DNA of 24,000 bases from Verrucomicrobiota bacterium (GTDB lineage: Bacteria > Verrucomicrobiota > Verrucomicrobiia > Verrucomicrobiales > DEV007), in the NCBI GenBank assembly GCA_039028175.1, contig JBCCIR010000044.1, positions 9,413 to 33,412 on the forward strand, written 5' to 3'. How positions within the stretch are numbered: position 1 is the first letter of the stretch; each line of letters starts with the position of its first letter. A program made the position numbers and the translations under genes. Shown here one piece after another: positions 12,508 through 22,000 of the stretch. The notes beneath the pieces were generated by a model. The model worked only from the letters and a program-made list of their open reading frames with translations, was not told the DNA's origin and made no database searches.

Positions 12508-14160
12508 ATGAATCTACTCTCTCTTCCGCAGTTCAAGCGCAATGCAAGGCGTTTTGAGCAGATTGTGCGTGTGCTGGCCAAGTATGGGTTGGCGGATTTT
12601 TTACGGGAGCGTGATCCGGATTTCATCAGCCGACAGCTGAAGAGTGCGGAGGGGGAGCAGCTGTCGAAGTTTTCGCGGGCGGAGCGGGTGCGCATGGCGG
12701 TGACGGAGTTGGGGACCACGTTCATCAAGCTGGGGCAGATGCTGAGCACGCGGGCGGATTTGATTGGGCCGGATTTGGCGAGGGAGTTGACGCAGTTGCA
12801 AGCGAACACGCCTCCGGATTCCTGGGAAACGGTTCGGGCGACGATTGAGAGCGAGTTGGGGGCGCCGGTGGATCAATTATTTGCGCGGTTTGAGGAGGAG
12901 CCGATGGCATCGGCGTCGATCGCGCAGGCGCACCGGGCGGAACTGAAGGATGGGGAGGCGGTGGTGGTGAAGGTGCAGCATGCGGGGATCGAGGACACGG
13001 TGGTGAACGATTTGGAGATATTGGTGGCGTTGGCGGAGTTGGCGGAGCAGCACAGCAAGGAACTGGCGTTGTATCAGCCGACGGCCACACTTGGGGAGTT
13101 TCGGCGGAACCTGTTGGCGGAGTTGGATTTCGGGCGTGAGGAGCAGAACCTATTGAAGTTTCGGAGTAATTTTGAGCGGGACGAGACGGTGCACATTCCG
13201 AAGCCGTATCCGAAGTATTCCGCGAAGCGGGTGTTGACGATGGAATTGATGGAGGGGGTTCCGATTGCGAAGACGGGGGAGTTGGATGCGGCGGGGGTGG
13301 ACAAGAAGGAGTTGGCGTCACGTGGGGTGACGCTTTACCTGGAGATGATATTCCGGGATCGGGTGTATCACGCGGATCCGCATCCGGGAAATATTTTGGC
13401 GATGCCGGGGAACGTGGTGGGGTTATTGGATTTCGGGATGGTGGGGCATTTGGACGACAGCACGCGGGAGAGTTTTGAGGAATTGATACATGGATTTCTT
13501 TTGAAGGATGGTGAGTTACTCACGGACTGCAGTTTGCGATTGGGGGTAGCGCCGCCGGACATCGATCGTGATTTGCTGCAGAGTGACCTGGAGCAATTTA
13601 TCGCCGTGAATCTGACGGGATCGTTGAAGGATATGGACATCACCCGGGCCTTGGGTGGATTTACGGACATGGTGCGGCGGCACCGGGTGGTGCAGAAGCC
13701 GGGTATCTCGCTCTTGATCAAAGTGATCGTGATGTTGGACGGGACGGGGCGGATTCTTGATCCAGATTTTAATTTGGCGGGGTTGTTGCAGCCTTATTAC
13801 AAGAAGATGACGGAGCGGCGCTTGTCGCCGGAGAATATTTTTCGGAGAGTGCAGAAGTCGGTGCGGGATTGGGACAGTTTGTTTCAATCGCTGCCGCGGG
13901 ATTTGGCGGACATTATCCGGCGGGTGCGGCGGGGGACCTTGGATGTGCATTTGGAGCACCGGCATTTGGACACGGTGACGAACCGGTTGGCGTTCGGGAT
14001 CGTGACGGCGGCGTTGTTCTTGGGTTCGACATTGTTGTGGCATGCGGAGATTCCGCCGGTGTTGTTTGGTATTTCGTTGCCGGGGTTGGCGGGGGTTCTT
14101 TTTTCGTTGTGGCAGGTGTGGAAGCTTTGGCGGGCGATCAAGAAATCGGGTGGGTTGTAG
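12508..14160 (+). CDS. ABC1/UbiB (AarF) family atypical protein kinase with a C-terminal membrane anchor
   Basis: ATG at 12508; the track begins at TTG 12502. Family blocks: KLGQMLSTRADL, ASIAQAHRAEL.DGE.VVVKVQHAGI, DFGREEQN, HADPHPGNIL, LLDFGMVG. Two C-terminal hydrophobic helices are present (LAFGIVTAALFLGSTLLW and ISLPGLAGVLFSLWQVW). Confidence 0.9.
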   Translation: MNLLSLPQFKRNARRFEQIVRVLAKYGLADFLRERDPDFISRQLKSAEGEQLSKFSRAERVRMAVTELGTTFIKLGQMLSTRADLIGPDLARELTQLQANTPPDSWETVRATIESELGAPVDQLFARFEEEPMASASIAQAHRAELKDGEAVVVKVQHAGIEDTVVNDLEILVALAELAEQHSKELALYQPTATLGEFRRNLLAELDFGREEQNLLKFRSNFERDETVHIPKPYPKYSAKRVLTMELMEGVPIAKTGELDAAGVDKKELASRGVTLYLEMIFRDRVYHADPHPGNILAMPGNVVGLLDFGMVGHLDDSTRESFEELIHGFLLKDGELLTDCSLRLGVAPPDIDRDLLQSDLEQFIAVNLTGSLKDMDITRALGGFTDMVRRHRVVQKPGISLLIKVIVMLDGTGRILDPDFNLAGLLQPYYKKMTERRLSPENIFRRVQKSVRDWDSLFQSLPRDLADIIRRVRRGTLDVHLEHRHLDTVTNRLAFGIVTAALFLGSTLLWHAEIPPVLFGISLPGLAGVLFSLWQVWKLWRAIKKSGGL

Positions 14161-14247
14161 AGGATTGCCGGGAGGCTTTACAAGCGGGAGTGGATGGCAA
14201 AGAGTCGGGGCGAGAGAGCGGGGATGGGTGGAAATTTTGGTATTAGG

Positions 14248-15621
14248 ATGTCGAGAAGCGGCGTAATTGTCGTGATGGCGACGATGGCTTTTGTGGGTCG
14301 TGGTCTTCACGGGGCGGAGCCGGAGTATATCGCGGCGGAGGCGCCGCCGGCGACCTCCTTGAGAGATGCGCGCGATGCGACGCAGAACATTGGGATATCG
14401 GAGCCTGAGCGGGAGGTTTCGTATTTGTTGGAGCCGAGCCGGATGTTGCCGCTATTGAGAGAGCTGATTCCGGACACGGGCATTCCATTCATTGATGAGG
14501 CGCAGTTTACGATCGCGCCGCGATCGTATTACCGGCTTCGGGACAACGGAGATGGCACAAAGTCGGAGGCTTTTGCGATGGGCGGAGCGGTTCGGATGGA
14601 GAGTGGTTGGTTGTGGGATTTTGCGCGCGTGGGACTCGCGGGATACAACTCGACGAAATTGTATGGGCCGGACGATCGTGGTGGCACGGGCCTGTTACGT
14701 CCGGGGCAGCGGAGTTACACGGTATTGGGGCAGGCGTATTTGAATCTGCAGACGAGCCAGACTTTTGGGACGTTTGGGAGGCAGCGTATTGATGCTCCCT
14801 ATATCAATGCGAATGATTCGCGAATGACGCCGAGCACGTTTGGAGCTTACACTGTGGGGACGACGGATTTGGGCAACTTTCAGTTGGGGATAGGGCACGT
14901 TCGGAAGATTCGTTTCCGGAATCAAAGTTCCTTTGAGTATTTGTCGGAGTTCGCCGGGGCTGAGGGCACGGAGAAGGGGGTGACGGCATTGGGGGCGCGA
15001 TACAATTTTTCTGATGACACCTATGTGGGGGCGATCAACCAATACGGCTGGGACATGTTTAATACGTTTTACGGCGAAGCGGAGAGCTTTTATCCGGTGA
15101 CCGACCTGTTTAGTTTTCGAGTGTCGACACAGATCACGGATCAACGGAGTGTCGGCGACGAGTTGTTGGGGGAGATCAACGCGCAGCAGGCGGGGGTGCG
15201 GTTGTCCGCGGAGTATGGGCCACTGATTGGTTCGGGTTCGTTTGTGTGGACGGCGCGGGGAGATTCGGTGCGTAATCCGTGGGGTGGATCGCCGAGTTAC
15301 AATGCGGTGATGATTTCGGATTTTGATCGGGCGGGAGAGAAGTCGGTGCGGCTGGCGATGCAGTATGATTTTTCTCATCTTGGGTTGAAGGGGTTGAGTT
15401 TCAACACGAGTTGGTTGGCGGGGGACACTCCGGACTCGGGTGCGGATGCGTCTCCGGATCAGCGGGAGTTCAACGTGACGCTGGACTATCAGCCGACGAA
15501 CGACTGGTATCAGGACATTTGGTTTCGGGTGCGTTGGGCGAAGAATGACCGCAAAGAATCGCAGGGAGGTTTGGACCGGACGGATTTTCGGGTGATATTG
15601 AATTACTCCATCGCGTTTTAG
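14248..15621 (+). CDS. OprD-family-like outer-membrane beta-barrel porin
   Basis: I prefer the ATG at 14248, which gives a signal peptide MSRSGVIVVMATMAFVGRGLHGAEP. Alternating beta-strand patterns run throughout. OprD-like blocks are FTIAPRSYYRLRDNGDG..EAFAMGG, GRQRIDAPYINANDSRMTPSTFGAY. The terminal strand ends in an aromatic residue (RVILNYSIAF). Confidence 0.7.
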   Translation: MSRSGVIVVMATMAFVGRGLHGAEPEYIAAEAPPATSLRDARDATQNIGISEPEREVSYLLEPSRMLPLLRELIPDTGIPFIDEAQFTIAPRSYYRLRDNGDGTKSEAFAMGGAVRMESGWLWDFARVGLAGYNSTKLYGPDDRGGTGLLRPGQRSYTVLGQAYLNLQTSQTFGTFGRQRIDAPYINANDSRMTPSTFGAYTVGTTDLGNFQLGIGHVRKIRFRNQSSFEYLSEFAGAEGTEKGVTALGARYNFSDDTYVGAINQYGWDMFNTFYGEAESFYPVTDLFSFRVSTQITDQRSVGDELLGEINAQQAGVRLSAEYGPLIGSGSFVWTARGDSVRNPWGGSPSYNAVMISDFDRAGEKSVRLAMQYDFSHLGLKGLSFNTSWLAGDTPDSGADASPDQREFNVTLDYQPTNDWYQDIWFRVRWAKNDRKESQGGLDRTDFRVILNYSIAF

Positions 15622-15654
15622 GGGAACGGCGTGGAGGGATTGGCGATTTTTTAG

Positions 15655-17436
15655 GTGAGGGTAATTGCTTTAGTTTTTTTCGTAGTGGGGGCCGGCCTGT
15701 CGACGGTGGCGGGTGATGCATTGGTGCGGACGCAGGCGATGAAGGCGTCTACGATTGCGGAGGTTTTCGTGGAAGGGGACCGGGTGCGGGTGGAATTGGA
15801 AATAGGGGAGGCGGATTTGCCGGCGTTTCGCAATCTGTTGCCGGAGGAGTTGGCGAAAGGGTTGGGGATTGAGCAGGAAGGGACGGTGGACGAGCGTTTG
15901 GCTCGTTTCTTTGAGCAGGATTTTGTTGTGGAAGATATCCTTGTGGGTCGGGCGGAGGGAGAGAAATTGGAGGGGCGCGTGGTGGAGATGGAGGGGCGGG
16001 AGCGGACGATGCGGGACGAGATTACGGGGGAGCCATTGCCGGTGGGGGAAGGTGAGGACGCGGAGGCGGTGGTGTTCGTGGAGTTGGAGTATCTGCTGGA
16101 GGGAAAGCCGGAGACTTTGCAGATTTCCGGACCGAGTGGGCGGAGTGGTGGAGAAACGGGAACGGCGAGCATCGGGTTTGTTGCCTATCACGAGGGGCTA
16201 CCGGTGAATGAGTTCCGGTATTTGGCGGGGCGGGCGATTTTGTTTTTGGACTGGGAGGACCCCTGGTATTCGAAGTTTCGGAACCCGAATTTGCAGCGGA
16301 CCTTCAGTGCGCCGATCCAGGCGTTTTTGTATGTGGACTATAATGAGGTGCGGAAGGAGATCGTCGCGCGGCCGGTGGATTTGGAGGCGTGGGTGGATTT
16401 AGGATTGGGAGGGCGTGATGTGATCCCGGCGGGGGAGCAGGCGGCGATGCTGGAGAAGGTGGGAGAATTTTTGGGGGCGCATTGTCCGGTGACGATTGAC
16501 GGGGAGCGGGTGGAGATGGAATTGGACCGGGTGCATTTTATTGAGCGGAGCTTGAAGGGGACGACGGTGGTGGAGGGGCAGGCGGATTTGCCGGCGGTGT
16601 CGGCGACGATCGGGGCGATTTTTGTGTCTCCGATCGAGGGTTTACCGGAGGAAGTGACGATGGAGTGGGATTTGTTCAGTGATCGGGTGGAAATGGTCGA
16701 AGTGGTGGCGACGGATGAGGCAGGGGGGATGCCGTCGCGATTGATCCCGCCGCAGCCGACGGTGGTTTGGAAGAATCACTTGAAGAATCCGACTGTGCCC
16801 TCCTTTGCCGAGGTGCCGCCGCCGCCGGAACGGGGATGGATCGTGATTCCGGTGGCGAGTCTTTGGTGTTTGTTTTTATTTGTGATCGTCGCGAGGGCGA
16901 TTCGCGTGCAGGGGTGGCACGTGAGTTTATTGACGAAGTTGACGGCGGTTTTTGCGTTTATCGGGATTTTCACGTTGTGGGGTTTTGCGCGGGTGTCGGT
17001 GCCGAATCCGTTTCGATCGGAGGTGAAGATGGAGGAGGCGGAGGAGACGGAAGTGGTGAGCGGGTTGTTGAGGAACACTTACCGGGCGTTTGATTACCGG
17101 GGTGAAGAGGTGATATACGACACCTTGGAGCGGAGTGTGGGGGGGGATTTGTTGACGGATGTTTATTTGGATATTCAGCGGGCGTTGGAGTTGCAGGGGC
17201 AAGGAGGAGCGCGAGCGAAGGTGAATGCGGTGGAGGTGGCGACGGTGGCGGGGGAGCCGATAGACGGGGGGCCGGGTTTTGATGCGGACTGTGTCTGGAC
17301 GGTGACGGGTTCGGTGGGGCACTGGGGGCATATTCATGAGCGGCAGAATCGATATGAGGGGCGGCTGCGGGTGGAACCGGTGGGGGAGCAGTGGAAGATC
17401 ACGGCTTTGGAGCTGACGGACGAGAAACGGCTTTAA
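15655..17436 (+). CDS. Uncharacterised 593-aa envelope protein: signal peptide, a periplasmic region of about 370 aa, two TM helices and a C-terminal domain of about 150 aa
   Basis: GTG start. The signal peptide is MRVIALVFFVVGAGLSTVAGDA. The TM helices are WIVIPVASLWCLFLFVIVA and LTAVFAFIGIFTLWGFA, separated by a basic loop. The C-terminal domain is LLRNTYRAFDYRGEEVIYDTLERSV...WTVTGSVGHWGHIHERQNRYEGRLRVEPVGEQWKITALEL, which looks like an NTF2/SnoaL-like alpha+beta cone (my guess). I recognise no family. Confidence 0.75.
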   Translation: MRVIALVFFVVGAGLSTVAGDALVRTQAMKASTIAEVFVEGDRVRVELEIGEADLPAFRNLLPEELAKGLGIEQEGTVDERLARFFEQDFVVEDILVGRAEGEKLEGRVVEMEGRERTMRDEITGEPLPVGEGEDAEAVVFVELEYLLEGKPETLQISGPSGRSGGETGTASIGFVAYHEGLPVNEFRYLAGRAILFLDWEDPWYSKFRNPNLQRTFSAPIQAFLYVDYNEVRKEIVARPVDLEAWVDLGLGGRDVIPAGEQAAMLEKVGEFLGAHCPVTIDGERVEMELDRVHFIERSLKGTTVVEGQADLPAVSATIGAIFVSPIEGLPEEVTMEWDLFSDRVEMVEVVATDEAGGMPSRLIPPQPTVVWKNHLKNPTVPSFAEVPPPPERGWIVIPVASLWCLFLFVIVARAIRVQGWHVSLLTKLTAVFAFIGIFTLWGFARVSVPNPFRSEVKMEEAEETEVVSGLLRNTYRAFDYRGEEVIYDTLERSVGGDLLTDVYLDIQRALELQGQGGARAKVNAVEVATVAGEPIDGGPGFDADCVWTVTGSVGHWGHIHERQNRYEGRLRVEPVGEQWKITALELTDEKRL

Positions 17437-17505
17437 TTTGCTGTTCGTTTCCGGACCGAGGAGGCTAGGATTTTGGCAGCGTTTTTGGAGGCGCGGACAA
17501 AAGCC

Positions 17506-18612
17506 ATGGGAGAATCACAGGACGAGAACAGGGATCGGTTTGGGAAGGCGTTTGTGATCGTATTGGTGGTTGCGATCTCGCTGGTGTTTGTGACGATGAT
17601 TTGGTCGTTTTTGCAGGCGCTCTTGATGGCGGCGATTTTGGCGGGGATGGTGCGGCCGGTGTATGTGAAGTTAGCGAGATTGTTCAAGGGGAAGAAGGCC
17701 TTGGCTTCGGGGGTGACGATCATTTTGGTGTTGGTGTTGGTGCTGGGGCCCTTGTCGGCGTTCCTGGGGATTGTGGCGAAGCAGGCGATCGAGTTTTCGC
17801 AGACGGCCTATCCGGTGGTGAAGGAATGGACGGATGAGAGTCATATGATCGAGGTGGAGAACTGGGTGACGGAGAGATTTCCGATGCTGGAAGACATGAT
17901 GCCGACGCGGACGGAATTGTTTAAGGGATTGGGGGGCGTTGCGCAATCGGCGGGGACGTACCTAGCGGGGAGTGTGTCGAAGATGACGGCGGGGACAGCG
18001 GCGTTTTTCCTGAATCTGTTCGTGATGCTATATGCGATGTTTTTTTTCCTGATGAGCGGGAAGGGGGTCCTGAACAAGATATTGTATTTGTCGCCGCTGC
18101 CTGCGGAGGATGAGAACTTAATGTTGGAGCGGTTTGCGTCGATTACTCGAGCGACGATCAAGGGGACGATGATTATTGCGTTGATTCAGGGGGCCTTGGG
18201 AGCGCTTGGATTTTGGGTGGCGGGGATTCAGGGGGTGGCATTTTGGGGGACGATCATGGTGGTGTTGTCGATTATTCCCGGGGTGGGGACGGTGATCGTG
18301 TGGGTACCGGCGGTGATTTATTTGTTTATCAAGGGGGAGACGCTGACGGCGATATTGTTGGCGGCCTGGTGTGCGGGGGTGGTGGGGACGATCGACAACG
18401 TGTTGCGTCCGAAGCTGGTGGGTCAGGACGCGAAGATGCCGGATTTGCTGATCCTATTGAGCACCCTGGGAGGGATTTTCATGTTCGGCGCCGTTGGGTT
18501 TATTATCGGGCCGATTATCGCGGGGTTATTTGTCACCGTGTGGGATATCTACGGGGTGACGTTCAAGGATTCGCTTCCGCCGGTGGCGGTATCGGCGAAG
18601 GGGGATGACTGA
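17506..18612 (+). CDS. AI-2E family transporter (PerM/TqsA/UPF0118-like permease)
   Basis: ATG at 17506; the track begins at TTG 17473. It is a multi-pass membrane protein with the family-typical C-terminal block GVVGTIDNVLRPKLVGQDAKMPDLLILLSTLGGIFMFGAVGFIIGPII. Confidence 0.85.
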   Translation: MGESQDENRDRFGKAFVIVLVVAISLVFVTMIWSFLQALLMAAILAGMVRPVYVKLARLFKGKKALASGVTIILVLVLVLGPLSAFLGIVAKQAIEFSQTAYPVVKEWTDESHMIEVENWVTERFPMLEDMMPTRTELFKGLGGVAQSAGTYLAGSVSKMTAGTAAFFLNLFVMLYAMFFFLMSGKGVLNKILYLSPLPAEDENLMLERFASITRATIKGTMIIALIQGALGALGFWVAGIQGVAFWGTIMVVLSIIPGVGTVIVWVPAVIYLFIKGETLTAILLAAWCAGVVGTIDNVLRPKLVGQDAKMPDLLILLSTLGGIFMFGAVGFIIGPIIAGLFVTVWDIYGVTFKDSLPPVAVSAKGDD

Positions 18613-18761
18613 GGGATGGTGGCGGGATGAACTCGTCCGGCAGGAAGCCGGTGAAGAGGTAGATACCACAGGGAGGTCGCCCGAGCCCGTTCGACGTTGT
18701 TCAGGGCAGGCTTGTCGGGCTCCTAGAGGGTGGAGGAGGTCGAGGTGTGGTCGAAAGGCTC

Positions 18762-18965
18762 TTAATAGAACGCTTCGTTCGCTTCGACACCGCGGTCATT
18801 GACAGCGGGGCCGGGCCCGAGGCCGGGGAGGGCATCGCTGACATCGACCATGATGTCATCGACATCGGCTGCGGGGTCTTCGTTGCTGTTGGTGGATGCG
18901 CAATTGATGAGCGCGAACGGCAAGGCGAGGACCGCGGCGAGGGTGATGATGAGTTTGAGGTGCAT
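18762..18965 (-). CDS. Small (67 aa) acidic secreted protein or possible lipoprotein, hypothetical
   Basis: MHLKLIITLAAVLALPFALINCASTNSNEDPAADVDDIMVDVSD... It has a signal peptide with an imperfect lipobox (LINC, where Asn at -1 is atypical). Codon third positions are C-rich, like the other minus-strand genes. It lies 91 nt downstream of the 1169-aa gene. Confidence 0.45.
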   Translation of the reverse strand: MHLKLIITLAAVLALPFALINCASTNSNEDPAADVDDIMVDVSDALPGLGPGPAVNDRGVEANEAFY

Positions 18966-19056
18966 GAGAATGTGGATGGATCGAATCGGCAGGCGGGATG
19001 CCCGCGTTTCCTAGGTTTTCCGTATTTTCGGGGGTGAGATCAAGCACGAAGTTGGG

Positions 19057-22000
19057 TTACTCGACGATCATGACGCCTTTCATGATCATCCAGTGGCCGG
19101 GGAAGGTGCAAATGTAAGGGTATTGGCCGGGGGTTTCGGGAGCGTTAAAGCGGATGGTGTGGTCTTTGTTGTGTTCGATGATGCGGGTGTGATGGAGGAC
19201 GTCCGAGGAATCGGGGATGTAGTGTTTTTCGTATGCGGTGGGATCGGTCATCATTTGATTGGAGAGTTCGCCGACGGTCTGGGTGGTGCCGGGTTTGATG
19301 ATGACGAGGTTGTGGGGGATGGTGTCTTCGTTGTCGAAGGTTAGGGAAATGCGTTCGCCGGGGGCGACTTTGAATTCGGTGAGATCGAAGCGGAGGCCGG
19401 CGACGGCGAGAATTTCGACGGGGCGACCGGGCGGACCGAGTTTCCTTTTGTCTTCGGGTTTCTCGGGCAGGGGGTATCGGATGCGGAGGGCTAGATCGCG
19501 GTTTTTGCCTGCATCGATCGGGATGGATCCGTCGAAATCGGTGAATGGTTCATCGAGGTGGAGGAGCGTGGGGAAGAGGTCGAGCTTGAAGGGTGCGCCG
19601 TCCTTGTCGCGGAGGGCGGCGTGGAGGTGCATTTGCATGACCGGTTGGATATCCGGCATTTCAAAGAAGAGGGTTTTTCCATCGGGGAGGAGATGGACGG
19701 ATGTGACAGGGACGATGTCGTGTCCGGCGTCGTTGGGTTTTTTGATGGAGTATTCCGCGGAGCCGTATCCCTGGGAGTATTCGTAGTTCCAGTGTTGGGC
19801 GAAGGCGTTGGCGGCATCGGCGGCGGTGGGATCGACGGGGTCGGAGAAAGTGACGGTGATGCCATTGGCGTGGGCTTTCCATGCGGTGGGGAGATGGAAG
19901 GGGTCTTCGGTGACGCGGATGCGGTCGAAGCTGCCCTGGGTGAGGGCGTAGTTGCCCCAGCCTTCGGCGCCGGTGACGTAGAGGTGTCCATCGGCGGGAT
20001 TGAAGCGGGCGCGATGGGCGCCGGAAGCAAAGTCGCCGGGGAGGGGGACGATGGCGCCCTGGGGGCGATCGTGGGTTTCGGAGCGAAGGATGAGATACCA
20101 GGTGCCGGCGCCGAAGGAGAAGGAGAGGATTTGGTCTTTGAGGGTGTCCCAACGGGGGCTGTCGATGAAGAGCTGACCGCCGGCGGAGTTATCGATTCCG
20201 CGGGGGATGTAGACGAGGGGCGGATCGATGGGTTGATCCTTCCCGGCGCGGCGTCCGTAGAAATCGCCTTCGCGGACTTCCATGACCATGTTGACGGGGG
20301 TCCAGTCGCCTTCGTTGGTGCTGGTGAGGATAATGTTGTCCTTGCTGGCGGCGACACCGTTGGTGTTGCGGAGGCCGGTGGCGAGGTCGGTGGTGGATTT
20401 ACCGTCGGGCGAGACTTTAACCACGCGGCCGGCGGCGGAGAAGGCCCAGTGGCCGTCGCCGGTTTGTTGGAGACCGGTGAAGAAGTCGTGACCGCCGCCG
20501 GAGGTTTCGAAGGCGTCGCAGAAGTTCTCGTAGAAATCGATTTCGCCGTTGCCGTTGAGGTCGTGGAGGCGATTGATGCGGTCGCGGCCGAGGACGTAGA
20601 TGACGTCATCGACGATGGAGAGGCCGAGGGCCTGGTTGAGGCCGGTGGCGATGCGTTTCCAAGTGACGTTTTCGAGTTTGTCGTCGAGACCGGAGACACG
20701 CCAGACGTCGCCCATCATCGTGCAGACGGCGGCGTCGCCATTGGAGAAGAAATCGTGTCCGCCGATGAGCATGAGGGCGCCGTATGGGTTGTGGGGATCG
20801 GGGACGGGGATGCGGTCGAAGGCGAAGGTGCCGTCGGAGTCGCCGACTTCGCCGGGAGCGGAGAAGGTCCAGTCCCATTTGGCGGGGCCGCCCTTGGTGA
20901 ATCGGGCGAGATTGGCGGGGGGTGATTTTTTCTGCAGGGCTTTGAGGACGGCCTCGGCTTTCGTGGCGGGGCCGGTCCACATCTTGATGGTAAGTTCGTC
21001 GCCTTTTTTTATTTCGTCCAAGCGGACGGCCAGTTCGCCGTTGCTGCTGAAGTCGATGGGGTGTCCGTCGGCGACGACGACGGTGGCGTCTTCGCCGGAC
21101 GTGACGATCGTGCCTTCCGTGGTGGCTTTGGTGGTGCCGGGTTCGGCGTTAAAGAGGAGGAGGGAGCGTGGGGAGTCGGCGTCTGAGAGGAAGTTCAGGG
21201 TACGGGTGAAGGCGGGACCAGCGGGGGTGTCGACGGCCCATGGCGATTCGAGGACGGTCAGGCCATCGACGGTGTATTTGAGGACGGCGCGATTTCCGGA
21301 GCGGTAGTGGCCGTGGTATTCGGTTTCTTCGTCGGGGAGGGTTTTTGGGAACCCGTTGTTGCTACTCCAGCCGGCGGATTTGGGGGATTGGAGGATAACT
21401 TCGCCATCGGTGAAGATGCCGCCGCCGATGCCGTAGCGGTTGGGGAAGAATCCGATGAAATCGCCTTTCCAGAGGTGTGCGAAGCGGAGGGTTTCGGTGT
21501 CGAAGGAGGCGGAGAGCCGACCGTTATCGCCGAGCTGGAATGCGATGGCGCGGGGGGTCGTGTCATTTGAGCGGCGATCTTGGGCGAGGCGGAGAATGCC
21601 GGAGAAGACGGCATCGTGTTTCATGAGGTTCCAGCTGCGGTCGGTGAACGAATTTTTTGAGTATCGGCCCCAGTGGCCGAAGGCGCCGCCGTCGATGCCG
21701 GGGTAGGCGGGGAGTAGTTCGGGTTTTTCGGGTCGATTGAGGAACCAATTGGCCTGGCGTTGGTAGTAGTCGTAGAGGCGGAAGCGATTTCGGGGGTGAT
21801 CGGCGAAGTCGTAGGGTTCACGGTTTTGGGAGACATCGAGGAAGGGGAACTCGGGTGGGGATTCGACGTAAGGGTCTTCGACGGTGATGTCGTAGGCGAG
21901 ATCGGCGAGTTCGTTGGAGGTGGAGGCAGGGGGGTAGTTGCCAACGAGATCGGAGATGGAATCGTCGTCGAGTGGGTTGGTGCCGAGGCACCAGAGGATG

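Noticed and set aside
623-17505. The upstream-most starts given by the ORF track: GTG 623, 2209, 2594, 12040, TTG 12502, 14194 and TTG 17473.
   Set aside because: In each case an internal ATG gives a sensible signal peptide, lipobox or N-terminus, avoids overlap with the preceding gene, or has a better ribosome-binding context. The extensions add non-hydrophobic, unconserved-looking residues. The true starts remain unverified.
18613-18761. A convergent-terminator hairpin between the AI-2E transporter gene and the small secreted-protein gene (ccggc-aggaa-gccgg at 18636-18650, gagcccg...cgggctc around 18683-18722).
   Set aside because: The stems are short (5-7 bp) or have loops of about 26 nt. 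Neither is followed by a T-run. The evidence is too weak to annotate.
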